In this document: positions 27,777 to 36,483 of the stretch, one piece after another
Layout: each line of letters begins with the position of its first letter
Position numbering within the stretch: position 1 is the first letter of the stretch
Origin: Lysobacterales bacterium
GTDB taxonomy: Bacteria; Pseudomonadota; Gammaproteobacteria; Xanthomonadales; SZUA-5
Length of the DNA: 64,000 bases
Direction of reading: 5' to 3'
Assembly: GCA_019187485.1 (NCBI GenBank)
Contig: JABAQR010000032.1
Coordinates: 18,578-82,577, forward strand
Notes under the pieces: model-generated
What the model was told of the DNA's origin: nothing
Database searches by the model: none
The model's input: only the letters and a program-made list of their open reading frames with translations
Made by a program: the position numbers and the translations under genes

Positions 27777-27832
27777 CTCTCTCCGCACCGCCGCGCAGCC
27801 GTCGCGGGTGTGCGTTTTCCATTCGGAGAGAG
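27777..27832 (+). promoter_or_regulatory. putative SD-sequestering helix of the riboswitch expression platform
   Basis: ctctctccg (27777-27785) is perfectly complementary to cggagagag (27824-27832). The latter contains the GGAGAG Shine-Dalgarno 5 nt before the btuB ATG. Confidence 0.4.
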
Positions 27833-27836
27833 ATCC

Positions 27837-29612
27837 ATGAGCATGTTTCTGACCGCGGCCCTCCTGGCCGCCCTGCCGGCGGCGACGCCGGAAACCCTCG
27901 ACACAGTCACCGTCAGCGCCAGTCGCCGCCCGCAGGCAGCAGCCGAGGCGCTGGCCGACGTCAGCGTGATCGAGCGCGCGCAGATCGAGGCGAGCGGCGC
28001 ACCGGACCTGCTGGAGCTGCTGCGTGGCCTCGCCGGGGTGGACCTCGCGCGCGGCGGCGGCAGCGGCCAGCAGACCAGCCTGTTCCTGCGCGGCAGCAAC
28101 TCCAACCACACCCTCTTCCTGGTCGATGGCGTGCGCGTGAACTCCGCCAACACCGGTGCTGCGGCTTTCGAGCATCTGCCGCTGGACCAGATCGAGCGCA
28201 TCGAGATCATCCGCGGCCCGCGCGCCAGCTATTACGGCTCGGACGCGATCGGCGGCGTGATCGCGATCAGCACTCGCGAGCACACCGGCCCGTCGATGCT
28301 GCTGCGCGCCGGCAGCCATGGGCGCGCCGCCGCGGCCGCCGCCTGGGGCGTGTCCGGCGAGCGCGGCGCCTTCGGCGCGCAGCTCGGCGGCGAGGAGTAC
28401 GCGGGGTTCGACGCGACACTGCCGGACGCCTTCGGTCACGACACCGACGACGACGGTTACTCGCAGCGCAACCTCGGACTGCGCGGGCGCATCGAACTGG
28501 GTAACCAGCGGTTCTCTTTCTCGGGCCTGGGCACACGCCAGGACGTACAGTTCGACCAGGGTGAAACCGACGTGCGCCAGCACGCGCTCGCAGCGACCCT
28601 GGAAGGCCCGCTGGCGCAGCACTGGCAGCACCGGCTGACCCTCGGCGGCGCGCGCGACGATCTGTACACGCCGGCCTTTTTCGCGCGCTTCACGACCCGC
28701 CGGCAGAACCTCGACTGGGTGCACGACCTCGCCGTCGCCGAACGCCAGCACCTGGTGTTCGGCGCCAACCTGCAACGCGAGCGCGGCGCCAGCATCGACA
28801 CCTTCAGCGGCGATCCGGCCTACCGCGCCAGCCTCGATCACCGGGCCGGATTCATCGGCTGGCAGGGCGCGCACGGCGATTTCGACCACGAACTCGCGCT
28901 GCGCCATGATCGGCACGAGCGCTTCGGCAGCGAGGCGACGGTGCAGGCGGCGCTCGGCTGGCGTTTCGACGGCGGCCGCCTGTGGGCGAGCTGGGGTGAG
29001 GGTTTCCGCGCGCCGAACCTGAACGAGCTGTACTCGCCGGGTTTCGGCGGATTGTTCGCCGGTAATCCGGAACTCGGCCCAGAGCGTTCGCGCTCACTGG
29101 AACTGGGTCTGGATCTCGCGCTCGGCGGCGGCCATTTCGGCGCCAATGCCTGGCGCACCGACATCGACGGTCTGATCGCCTACGAAGGCGGGCAGACCTT
29201 CCAGGCGATCAACGTCGCCCGCGCGGAAATCGACGGCGTCGAACTCCGCTACGAACGTCGCGTCGACGCCTGGCGCTTCGGCGCCAACGCCACCTGGCAG
29301 GATCCGCGTGATGCCGATACCGGACTTGCCCTGCTGCGCCGGCCCGAACGCAAGGCGCGCCTGGAGCTCGGCTACGATTTCAGCCAGGATCTCAGCGTCG
29401 GTGCGGCGGTGAGCTATGCGTCGGAGCGACGCGATTTTGCCGGTCCACTGCCGGCCTACAGCCTGCTCGACCTGCACGCCGACTGGGCGATCGCGGAGGC
29501 CTGGCACCTGAATGCCCGCCTCGGCAACGCCGGCGACCGCGAGTACAGTCTGGCCAGCGGCTACACCACCGCCGGACGCGAGCTGATCGTCACCCTGCGC
29601 TGGCAGCCCTGA
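27837..29612 (+). CDS. btuB: TonB-dependent vitamin B12/cobalamin outer-membrane receptor
   Basis: Signal peptide, TonB box ETLDTVTVSA, plug motifs (IERIEIIRGPRASYYGSDAIGGVI) and a terminal aromatic beta-strand (LIVTLRWQP). A B12 riboswitch lies upstream. Confidence 0.85.
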   Translation: MSMFLTAALLAALPAATPETLDTVTVSASRRPQAAAEALADVSVIERAQIEASGAPDLLELLRGLAGVDLARGGGSGQQTSLFLRGSNSNHTLFLVDGVRVNSANTGAAAFEHLPLDQIERIEIIRGPRASYYGSDAIGGVIAISTREHTGPSMLLRAGSHGRAAAAAAWGVSGERGAFGAQLGGEEYAGFDATLPDAFGHDTDDDGYSQRNLGLRGRIELGNQRFSFSGLGTRQDVQFDQGETDVRQHALAATLEGPLAQHWQHRLTLGGARDDLYTPAFFARFTTRRQNLDWVHDLAVAERQHLVFGANLQRERGASIDTFSGDPAYRASLDHRAGFIGWQGAHGDFDHELALRHDRHERFGSEATVQAALGWRFDGGRLWASWGEGFRAPNLNELYSPGFGGLFAGNPELGPERSRSLELGLDLALGGGHFGANAWRTDIDGLIAYEGGQTFQAINVARAEIDGVELRYERRVDAWRFGANATWQDPRDADTGLALLRRPERKARLELGYDFSQDLSVGAAVSYASERRDFAGPLPAYSLLDLHADWAIAEAWHLNARLGNAGDREYSLASGYTTAGRELIVTLRWQP

Positions 29613-29706
29613 GGTCGAGGCGCGAGCGCGGGCGGCCTGAATCGCCTCTGAGCCGGGCGCAGCCGCACCCGCCGCCGTCGGCACGGTTGCCGCATCATCG
29701 CCGTCC

Positions 29707-30930
29707 ATGACCGACTACTGCGCGCGCTGCGATTTCGTCATCGAACTGGCCAGGCGTTTGCACCAGGGCGGGTCGACGGCACCGCGGCTGGAGGATGTCG
29801 TCAACGCGATCGGTCGCAGGCTGGGGCTCGACGTCCACATCTGGTCGAGCCCGACCGCGATCATCGCAACGATCCGTCCGCAGGACGCGCAGGGCGAGAC
29901 GCAGGCGGTCACCCGCGTGGTGCGCCTCGAACCCGGCGACATCCACCTGCGCCGGTTGTGGCGCTACGACGACATCGCCAGCCGTGTCGTCAGCGGCGAG
30001 CTGAGCCCGGCCGCCGGCATGGCCGCGCTGGATGCCGCGGCGCGCCCGGATTCGACCCGCCGCCAATGGCTGGAGAGCGTGTTCGGCTATCTGCTGGCCT
30101 CGGCCGGCGTGGCCGGCCTGCTGAAGGGCAGCGTCGCCGACATCGCCAGCGCCGGCGCCATGGGGTTGATACTCGGCGTGCTGGCACAACTGGCGTGCGG
30201 GCGACCGCGCGTGGCGGCCACCTTCGACGCGCTCGCGGCTTTCCTGGTGGCGTTGCTGAGCGCGTGGATCGCGCACGCGTGGACGCCGATCTCGCCGCTG
30301 GTGCTGACCGCCGGCCTGATCGTGCTGCTGCCCGGGCTGACCCTGACCACCGCCGCCGCCGAGGTCGCGACCGGACACCTGGTGTCCGGCACCGCGCGCT
30401 TCGCCGGCGCGGTCGCAGTGCTGCTGAAACTGGCCTTCGGCGCGCTCGTCGGATCGCGCCTGGCGGCGGCGCTCGGCTGGCAGCCGCTGCCGGTGCTGAG
30501 CCACTCGAACCCGGTCTGGCTGCAACCGGCCGCGCTGCTGGTGTCCGCCGCCGCCTTCGCCCTGCTGTTCCGGGCGCGCATCCGCGACGGCTGGGTGGTC
30601 TGCCTCGCCGCGATCACGAGCTACGTCAGCTCGCAACTGGCGATCACCGCGATGGGCGCCGAACTCGGCCTGTTCACCGCGGCCTCGGTGGTGACCGTGC
30701 TCAGCAATGTGTACGCGCGCTCGGCCAATCGTCCCGGCGCGACCTTCCGTCTGCCCGGCCTGATTCTGCTGGTGCCGGGTTCGGTGGGCTTCAAGAGCCT
30801 CACCTTCGTGTTCGAGAAGGACGTCTTCCTCGGCCTCGACACCGCCTTCTCGGTGGTCACGCTGGTGGCCGCGCTGGTCGCCGGCCTGCTCTTCGGCAAC
30901 AGCCTGGTGCCGCCGCGCAAGGGCATGTAG
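29707..30930 (+). CDS. threonine/serine exporter family protein (fused ThrE/YjjP + YjjB-like halves)
   Basis: N-terminal soluble region with the typical FVIELARRLHQGGSTAPRLEDVV pattern, followed by about 10 TM segments. 407 aa. Confidence 0.75.
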   Translation: MTDYCARCDFVIELARRLHQGGSTAPRLEDVVNAIGRRLGLDVHIWSSPTAIIATIRPQDAQGETQAVTRVVRLEPGDIHLRRLWRYDDIASRVVSGELSPAAGMAALDAAARPDSTRRQWLESVFGYLLASAGVAGLLKGSVADIASAGAMGLILGVLAQLACGRPRVAATFDALAAFLVALLSAWIAHAWTPISPLVLTAGLIVLLPGLTLTTAAAEVATGHLVSGTARFAGAVAVLLKLAFGALVGSRLAAALGWQPLPVLSHSNPVWLQPAALLVSAAAFALLFRARIRDGWVVCLAAITSYVSSQLAITAMGAELGLFTAASVVTVLSNVYARSANRPGATFRLPGLILLVPGSVGFKSLTFVFEKDVFLGLDTAFSVVTLVAALVAGLLFGNSLVPPRKGM

Positions 30931-30952
30931 GGCGCCGACGGGTTAGGATGCG

Positions 30953-31939
30953 GTGTCCGCCCGCGTGGAGTCGCCGATGCTGCCCGCCGCCGCCCAGGAG
31001 TTGTGGAAAGCGTTGCGCAAGGCCGACCGAAAGGCCGCGAAGGCGCGCGTGGCGGCGCTGCGCAAGCGCCTGCCGGATGCCGAACTGGAGGAACTTCACC
31101 GCCTGCTGGTGCAGAGCAAATGCCTGCAGGCGGGCGCGATCGGCGCGCTCTCTGCGGTGGTCGAACTGGTGCCCGGCGCCGGCCGGCTGGCGGGCGTCTT
31201 CCTCGGGCCGGTGCTCGACATCGGCACGGTGACCGCGCTGCAGTCCGAACTCGTGCTGGAGACCTTCGCGCTCTACGAGGTCGATCTCGGCGATGCCGGC
31301 GAACGCTTCGCGATCCTCGCGATCGCCGCGACCAACGTCGGCGCGACGCACGCGTCGAGCATCGTCGCCAAGCTGCTCAAGCGCTACGCCGGCGCGCTGG
31401 TCGGCGGCTTCGTGCTCAAGCGCGCGCTGCCGATCGCGAAGATCGCCACCGTGGCCACCAAGAACATCGCGCTGACCTACGCGATCGGTATGCGCGCGCA
31501 GGCGGTGGCGAAGTTCCGCGACGCCGACCTCGAGGAATGGCCGAAGCTGATGCGCCAGGTCACCAACATCGACGAATCGACGCTGGTCGAATGGGCCACC
31601 GGCGCCGCGCGCACGGCGATCGACCAGGTGCAGGAGTCGGCGAGGTCCTGGGTGGGCCGGGTCACCGGGCTGTTGCCGACCTTGCCCTCGCTGCCGACGC
31701 TGGACGACTTGAAGCGGCTGATGCCGGGATCGGCGCCCGACCCGGCCCCGGAGGCAGGGCCACCGGACGCGCCGCGCAGGCGGGCGAAGCGAGCCGAAGT
31801 GCCGACCGCGCCCGGCAAGGCACCCGCGACGCGCAGGCGCATGGCCGCCAAGTCCAGGCCGGAACCGAAGCCGGCGCCGCGTACGCGCAGGACCGGTGTG
31901 ACCGAAGGGAAGCCGCGGACACCGCGCAAGCGCGTCTGA
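30953..31939 (+). CDS. hypothetical protein, EcsC/DUF697-like core with Arg/Lys/Pro-rich C-terminal tail
   Basis: Good GC3 codon bias. Gly/Ala-rich amphipathic core (GAIGALSAVVELVPGAGRLAGVFLGPVLDIG...). The last 70 or so residues are highly basic (RRRAKRAE..KSRPEPKPAPRTRRTG..KPRTPRKRV). GTG start with AGGA upstream. The family assignment is tentative. Confidence 0.6.
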   Translation: MSARVESPMLPAAAQELWKALRKADRKAAKARVAALRKRLPDAELEELHRLLVQSKCLQAGAIGALSAVVELVPGAGRLAGVFLGPVLDIGTVTALQSELVLETFALYEVDLGDAGERFAILAIAATNVGATHASSIVAKLLKRYAGALVGGFVLKRALPIAKIATVATKNIALTYAIGMRAQAVAKFRDADLEEWPKLMRQVTNIDESTLVEWATGAARTAIDQVQESARSWVGRVTGLLPTLPSLPTLDDLKRLMPGSAPDPAPEAGPPDAPRRRAKRAEVPTAPGKAPATRRRMAAKSRPEPKPAPRTRRTGVTEGKPRTPRKRV

Positions 31940-31963
31940 AACCCGTCGCGTTCCTCGGTTTTT

Positions 31964-31986
31964 GCCGTTCAAGTCACCTGAACGGC
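31964..31986 (+). terminator. hairpin after the hypothetical gene (gccgttca-agtcacc-tgaacggc)
   Basis: An 8-bp stem. The T run lies 5' rather than 3' of the stem, so its function as a plus-strand terminator is doubtful. Confidence 0.3.
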
Positions 31987-32050
31987 CCTGAAGCGCGCTA
32001 TCTTTCGGCATTCCTGTGGGCTGTCCGCGCGTTTTCCGGGGTCGATCACC

Positions 32051-35000
32051 ATGTTGAAGTATCTTGTCGCCGCGCTCGCGGCCCGTTCCATTCCTCGTGC
32101 GCGCGCCCTGCCGTGGGCCTTCGCCGCGATGTCGATCACGCCTAGTCTGGCCTTGGCGGACAACGTGCCGCAGGCCCTGCCCTTCGCGCAGAACTGGACC
32201 AGCACCGGCCTGATCACCACCGACAACGTCTGGACCGGAGTGCCCGGCATCGAGGGCTTCCGCGGCGACAACATCACTCCCGGCACGGGCGCCAACCCGC
32301 AGACACTGCTTGCTTCAGACACCCCGGGCGTGATCAACGTCGAGGCCAACGAGACCAATCCCAACACCTTCACGACCGGCGGCGTGGCCGAGTTCGAGAT
32401 CGCCAACCCGGCCGTCGCACTGAACGGCAGCGGCACCGCCGACGCGCCGTACATCAAGCTGTACCTCAACACGACCGGCTGCACCGGGATCAACGTCGCC
32501 TACAACGTGCGCGATCTGGACAGCTCCACGGACAACGCGGTGCAACCCGTGGCGCTGCACTTCCGGGTCGGCAATTCCGGCAATTTCACCGATGTTCCCG
32601 CAGCTTTCGTGGCCGACGGCACGACCGGACCCGGTCTCGCCACGCTCGTGACTCCGGTCAGCGCGACCCTGCCCCCGGCCGCCGACAACCAGGCCGAAGT
32701 GCAGGTGCGCGTGATGACCGCCAACGCCGTCGGCAACGACGAATGGGTCGGCATCGACGACATTTCCGTGACCGGCACCTGCGGCGGCGGCCCGATCCTG
32801 TCGATCGACGATGTCAGCGTCACCGAGGGCAATGCCGGCACCGTCAACGCCGTGTTCACGGTTTCGCTGTCCGCTCCGGCACCGGCCGGTGGCGTCGGCT
32901 TCGACATCGCCACGGCCGATAACAGCGCCACGGTCGCCAACAACGACTACGCGGGCAATGCGCTGGCTGGCCAGACCATCCCGATGGGCGCCACGACCTA
33001 CGCGTTCACGGTGGCGGTCAACGGCGATACCACACCGGAACCCAACGAGACCTTCTTTGTCAACGTCAGCAACGTCTCCGCCAACGCCACCCTCGGCGAC
33101 GGCCAGGGCGTCGGCACCATCGTCAACGACGACATCACCAACATCAACCTCATCCAGGGTCCGGGAACCGCCTCGCCGCTGGTCGGCGGCGTGGTGCTGA
33201 CCCGCGGCGTCGTCTACGCGCGACGCAGCAACGGCTTCTTCATCCAGAACGCGCCCGCGGACGTGGATGCCAATCCGCTGAGTTCCGAGGGGCTGTTCGT
33301 GTTCACCGGCGCCGCGCCGCCCGCCGACGCCGCGGTCGGCAATCTCGTACGCGTATCCGGCACCGTGGTCGAGTTCGTTCCGGCCTCCGACCCGCAGCAG
33401 CCGCCGCTGACCGAACTCGGCGGTGCCATCGCCGTCACGCTGGAATCCGCCGGCAATCCCTTGCCGGTGCCGACCGTGCTGACCACGTCCCTGCCGAGCC
33501 CGGCCGGCGCCTTCGACCAGTTGGAGCGCCTCGAAGGCATGCGCGTGAATGTCCCGGCTTTCACCGTCAACAGCGGCAGCAACGGCAACGTCAACGAGCC
33601 GAACGCCACCGGCAGCAACAACGGCGTGTTCCATGGATTCGTCGCCGGTGCGGTGCCGCGTTCGCTGCGCGAGCCCGGCATCCAGCCGCCGGACGTGCCG
33701 CCGGCCGGCACGATTCCACCGATCCCGCGCTGGGACGGCAATCCGGAACTGATTCGGGTCGACAGCGACGCGCTGCCCGGCACCACCGCGCTGGTGGTCG
33801 GCTTCGGCCAGACCGTCAACAACCTCACCGGCCCGCTCGACTACGGCTTCCGCCGCTACACGATCTACCCGGAACCAGCGCCGACCGCGCCGCCAACCGT
33901 TTCCGGCAGCATCGTGTCCGGCGTCGTCACCGCGCCGACCGCGAGCGAAGTGACCATCGCCTCCTACAACCTGCAGCGCTTCTTCGACACCGTCAATGAT
34001 CCCGGCATCTCCGAGCCGGTGCTGACCGCGACGGCCTTCGCCAACCGCCTGAACAAGGCCTCGCTCGGCATCCGCAACAGCCTGCGCACGCCAGACATCG
34101 TCGGTGTCGTCGAGGTCGAGAACCTGAGTACGCTGCAGGCACTGGCGAGCCGCATCAACACCGATGCGGTCGCCGCCGCGCAACCCGATCCGATGTACGT
34201 CGCCTACCTGGTCGAGGGCAATGACCCCGGCGGCATCGACGTCGGCTTCCTGGTCAAGACCGCACCGGCCTTCGGCGCGACCGCGCGCGTGACCGTGACC
34301 GAGGTCGTGCAGGAACTGGATGGCTCGCTGTTCACCAACCCGGACCTGAGCACGGCGACCTTGAACGACCGCCCGCCGCTGCGCCTCACCGGCGCCGTCA
34401 CCCGCTCCACCGGCCAGACCTACCCGCTGACGGTGATCGTCAACCACCTGCGCTCCTTCAACGACGCCACCGACCCCACCCCCGGCAGCAACGGCTGGCC
34501 GACCGAGGGCCATCGCGTGCGCGCCAAACGCCAGGCGCAGGCGGTGGATCTGGCGAACTTCGTGCAGACGCGCCAGACCGGCAACCCGGCCGAGCAGATC
34601 GTGCTGGTCGGCGACTTCAACGCCTTCGAGTTCAACGACGGCCTCGGCGATTCGATGGGCACGATCGCCGGCACGCCCTCGCCGGACAACACCACCGCGG
34701 TGCCGGGCGACGGCATCGACCTCGTCAACCCGAACCTCGACAACCTCTTCGACTCAGTGGTCAATCCGGCCAGCCGCTACTCCTACAACTTCGACGGCGC
34801 CGCGCAGTCGCTCGACCACGCGCTGGTCAGCGCCTCGGTGCTGAGCGGCACGACCGCGCCGCGCATGGAGCACGCGCACATCAACGCGGACTTCCCGGAG
34901 ATCGAGCGCAGCAACGCGGCTTCGCCGAATCGCCTGTCCGACCACGACCCGCTGCTGGTGTACCTCACGCCGAACGGCTTCGTGCCGATCGAGGTGTCGG

Positions 35001-36235
35001 TCGCCAAGACGGTGTCGAACCCGACGCCGGTCGCCGGTGGCGCGAACTTCAGCTACAGCGTGACCGTGACCAACGCCGGCCCACAACCGGCGGCCAACGT
35101 CGCCCTCAACGACGTGTTGCCGGCGGGCGTGGTGTTCCAGTCGCTGGCACCGATCGCCGGCTGGGGCTGCACGACCCCGGCGGCCGGCGCGAACGGCACC
35201 GTGAGTTGCAACACAGCGAGCATGCCGGTGGGTAGCGTGGTCTTCCAGATCGTGGTGTCGGTGCCGGCCAGCGTGCTGCCGGGTGCGATCAGCAACACCG
35301 CGACCGTCACCACCTCGTCGGTCGACATCAACCCAGCCAACAACTCCGCTTCGGTGGGCATCACGGTGCAGACCCAGGCGGACCTCGCGATGACCCTGAC
35401 GGACAGCCCGGATCCGGTCACCGCAGGCCAGCAACTGAGCTACATCGCCACGCTCGGCAACGCCGGCCCCTCCGACGCCCAGGGCGCGACCATCACGCTG
35501 CCGCTACCGGCCGGCACCAGCTTCGTCTCGGCGACACCGAGCGCCGGCGGCTCCTGCAACGCAAGCAGCCCGGTGACCTGCACCTGGGCCGGTGCGACCG
35601 CACCCGGCGCTGCGCGCTCGGTCACGGTGGTCGCGCTGGTGGCGCCGGCCGTGCTCGAAGGCACGGTGCTGACGGCCACTGCGACCGCGAGTTCGACCAC
35701 CACCGATCCGAACCCGGCGAACAACAGTGCGAGCACCACGACCACGGTGATCGCGCGCGCCGACCTGCAGATCGGGCTGGCTTCCTCGCACACCCAGGTG
35801 CTGATCAACGTGCCGGTGACCTTCACCGCGACCAGCCTCAACGCCGGTCCGTCGGATGCGCAGAACCTGTCGATCACGCTGACGCTGACGCCGGACTTCC
35901 GCTACAGCAGCCACGTCGCGACGGGCGCCACCTGCACCACCCCGCAGATCGGCAACACCGGTGCGATCGTCTGTACCTGGGCCGGCGCCACCGCGCCCGG
36001 CGTCACGCGCACGCTGACCGTGGTCGCCTTCAGCAACGTCGAGGGCAACACCGCGGTCAACGCCAGCACCACGTCGAGCACCATCGATCCGAATCCGGAC
36101 AACAACGCGGCGGCGATCGCCGTGGTCGTCGGCTATCCGTTCAACGAAATCCCGACGCTGTCGCAGTGGGGCCTGCTGTTGCTCGGACTGTTGATGGCTG
36201 GCGTGGGCTTCGCAACGCTGCGCCGTCAGGACTGA
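32051..36235 (+). CDS. large multidomain ExeM/NucH-type extracellular nuclease with Calx-beta domain, three DUF11 repeats and IPTL-CTERM sorting signal
   Basis: Calx-beta-like segment (ILSIDDVSVTEGNAGTVNAVFTVSLS...GVGTIVND). OB-like region (SEGLFVFTG...GNLVRVSGTVVEF). EEP nuclease domain (VTIASYNLQRFFD, VGVVEVEN, GDFNAFEF, LSDHDPLLVYL). C-terminus NEIPTLSQWGLLLLGLLMAGVGFATLRRQD. Confidence 0.9.
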   Translation: MLKYLVAALAARSIPRARALPWAFAAMSITPSLALADNVPQALPFAQNWTSTGLITTDNVWTGVPGIEGFRGDNITPGTGANPQTLLASDTPGVINVEANETNPNTFTTGGVAEFEIANPAVALNGSGTADAPYIKLYLNTTGCTGINVAYNVRDLDSSTDNAVQPVALHFRVGNSGNFTDVPAAFVADGTTGPGLATLVTPVSATLPPAADNQAEVQVRVMTANAVGNDEWVGIDDISVTGTCGGGPILSIDDVSVTEGNAGTVNAVFTVSLSAPAPAGGVGFDIATADNSATVANNDYAGNALAGQTIPMGATTYAFTVAVNGDTTPEPNETFFVNVSNVSANATLGDGQGVGTIVNDDITNINLIQGPGTASPLVGGVVLTRGVVYARRSNGFFIQNAPADVDANPLSSEGLFVFTGAAPPADAAVGNLVRVSGTVVEFVPASDPQQPPLTELGGAIAVTLESAGNPLPVPTVLTTSLPSPAGAFDQLERLEGMRVNVPAFTVNSGSNGNVNEPNATGSNNGVFHGFVAGAVPRSLREPGIQPPDVPPAGTIPPIPRWDGNPELIRVDSDALPGTTALVVGFGQTVNNLTGPLDYGFRRYTIYPEPAPTAPPTVSGSIVSGVVTAPTASEVTIASYNLQRFFDTVNDPGISEPVLTATAFANRLNKASLGIRNSLRTPDIVGVVEVENLSTLQALASRINTDAVAAAQPDPMYVAYLVEGNDPGGIDVGFLVKTAPAFGATARVTVTEVVQELDGSLFTNPDLSTATLNDRPPLRLTGAVTRSTGQTYPLTVIVNHLRSFNDATDPTPGSNGWPTEGHRVRAKRQAQAVDLANFVQTRQTGNPAEQIVLVGDFNAFEFNDGLGDSMGTIAGTPSPDNTTAVPGDGIDLVNPNLDNLFDSVVNPASRYSYNFDGAAQSLDHALVSASVLSGTTAPRMEHAHINADFPEIERSNAASPNRLSDHDPLLVYLTPNGFVPIEVSVAKTVSNPTPVAGGANFSYSVTVTNAGPQPAANVALNDVLPAGVVFQSLAPIAGWGCTTPAAGANGTVSCNTASMPVGSVVFQIVVSVPASVLPGAISNTATVTTSSVDINPANNSASVGITVQTQADLAMTLTDSPDPVTAGQQLSYIATLGNAGPSDAQGATITLPLPAGTSFVSATPSAGGSCNASSPVTCTWAGATAPGAARSVTVVALVAPAVLEGTVLTATATASSTTTDPNPANNSASTTTTVIARADLQIGLASSHTQVLINVPVTFTATSLNAGPSDAQNLSITLTLTPDFRYSSHVATGATCTTPQIGNTGAIVCTWAGATAPGVTRTLTVVAFSNVEGNTAVNASTTSSTIDPNPDNNAAAIAVVVGYPFNEIPTLSQWGLLLLGLLMAGVGFATLRRQD
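34990..36130 (+). repeat. three tandem DUF11-type (conserved repeat) domains within the nuclease
   Basis: Each unit of about 125 aa contains NAGP(S/Q), a Cys pair and a D(P/I)NP(A/D)NN(S/A)A motif near its C-terminal end. Confidence 0.7.
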
Positions 36236-36248
36236 CGGCGCGCCGGTC

Positions 36249-36278
36249 TGGCGCGGAACCAGCATCCCGGTTCCGCGC
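36249..36278 (+). terminator. strong hairpin after the large nuclease
   Basis: ggcgcggaacc (36249-36259) and ggttccgcgcc (36268-36278) form a perfect 11-bp stem with an 8-nt loop, 14 nt after the stop codon. No U tract. Confidence 0.55.
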
Positions 36279-36483
36279 CGCTGGTGATCGGCGCGCGATG
36301 AATGCGGACCAAACACAGACGACCGGTTCGCGGGCGCCGTACGCGGGCGATCGACTGGCGAACGCCCGCCCACGCGCACGACGAACTCGATTTGTCTGCC
36401 GGACGCGATCGCTTTCTTCCGGGCCGCGTGCAATTTTCCGGACTTCCGGGCTAGTCTGCCTGCGGCCTGCCCCGGATTCCGTC

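Noticed and set aside
29502-29516. Sigma-54 promoter-like TGGCAC-N5-TGCC
   Set aside because: It lies inside the btuB coding region and lacks the TTGC element. No downstream gene start is positioned for it.
36236-36483. TPP or other riboswitch upstream of the orphan NitT/TauT-type permease (ThiX-like idea)
   Set aside because: There is no CUGAGA / ACCUGAUCUGGAUAAUGCCAGCG-type THI-box or other recognisable aptamer core. Only the nuclease terminator hairpin is evident.
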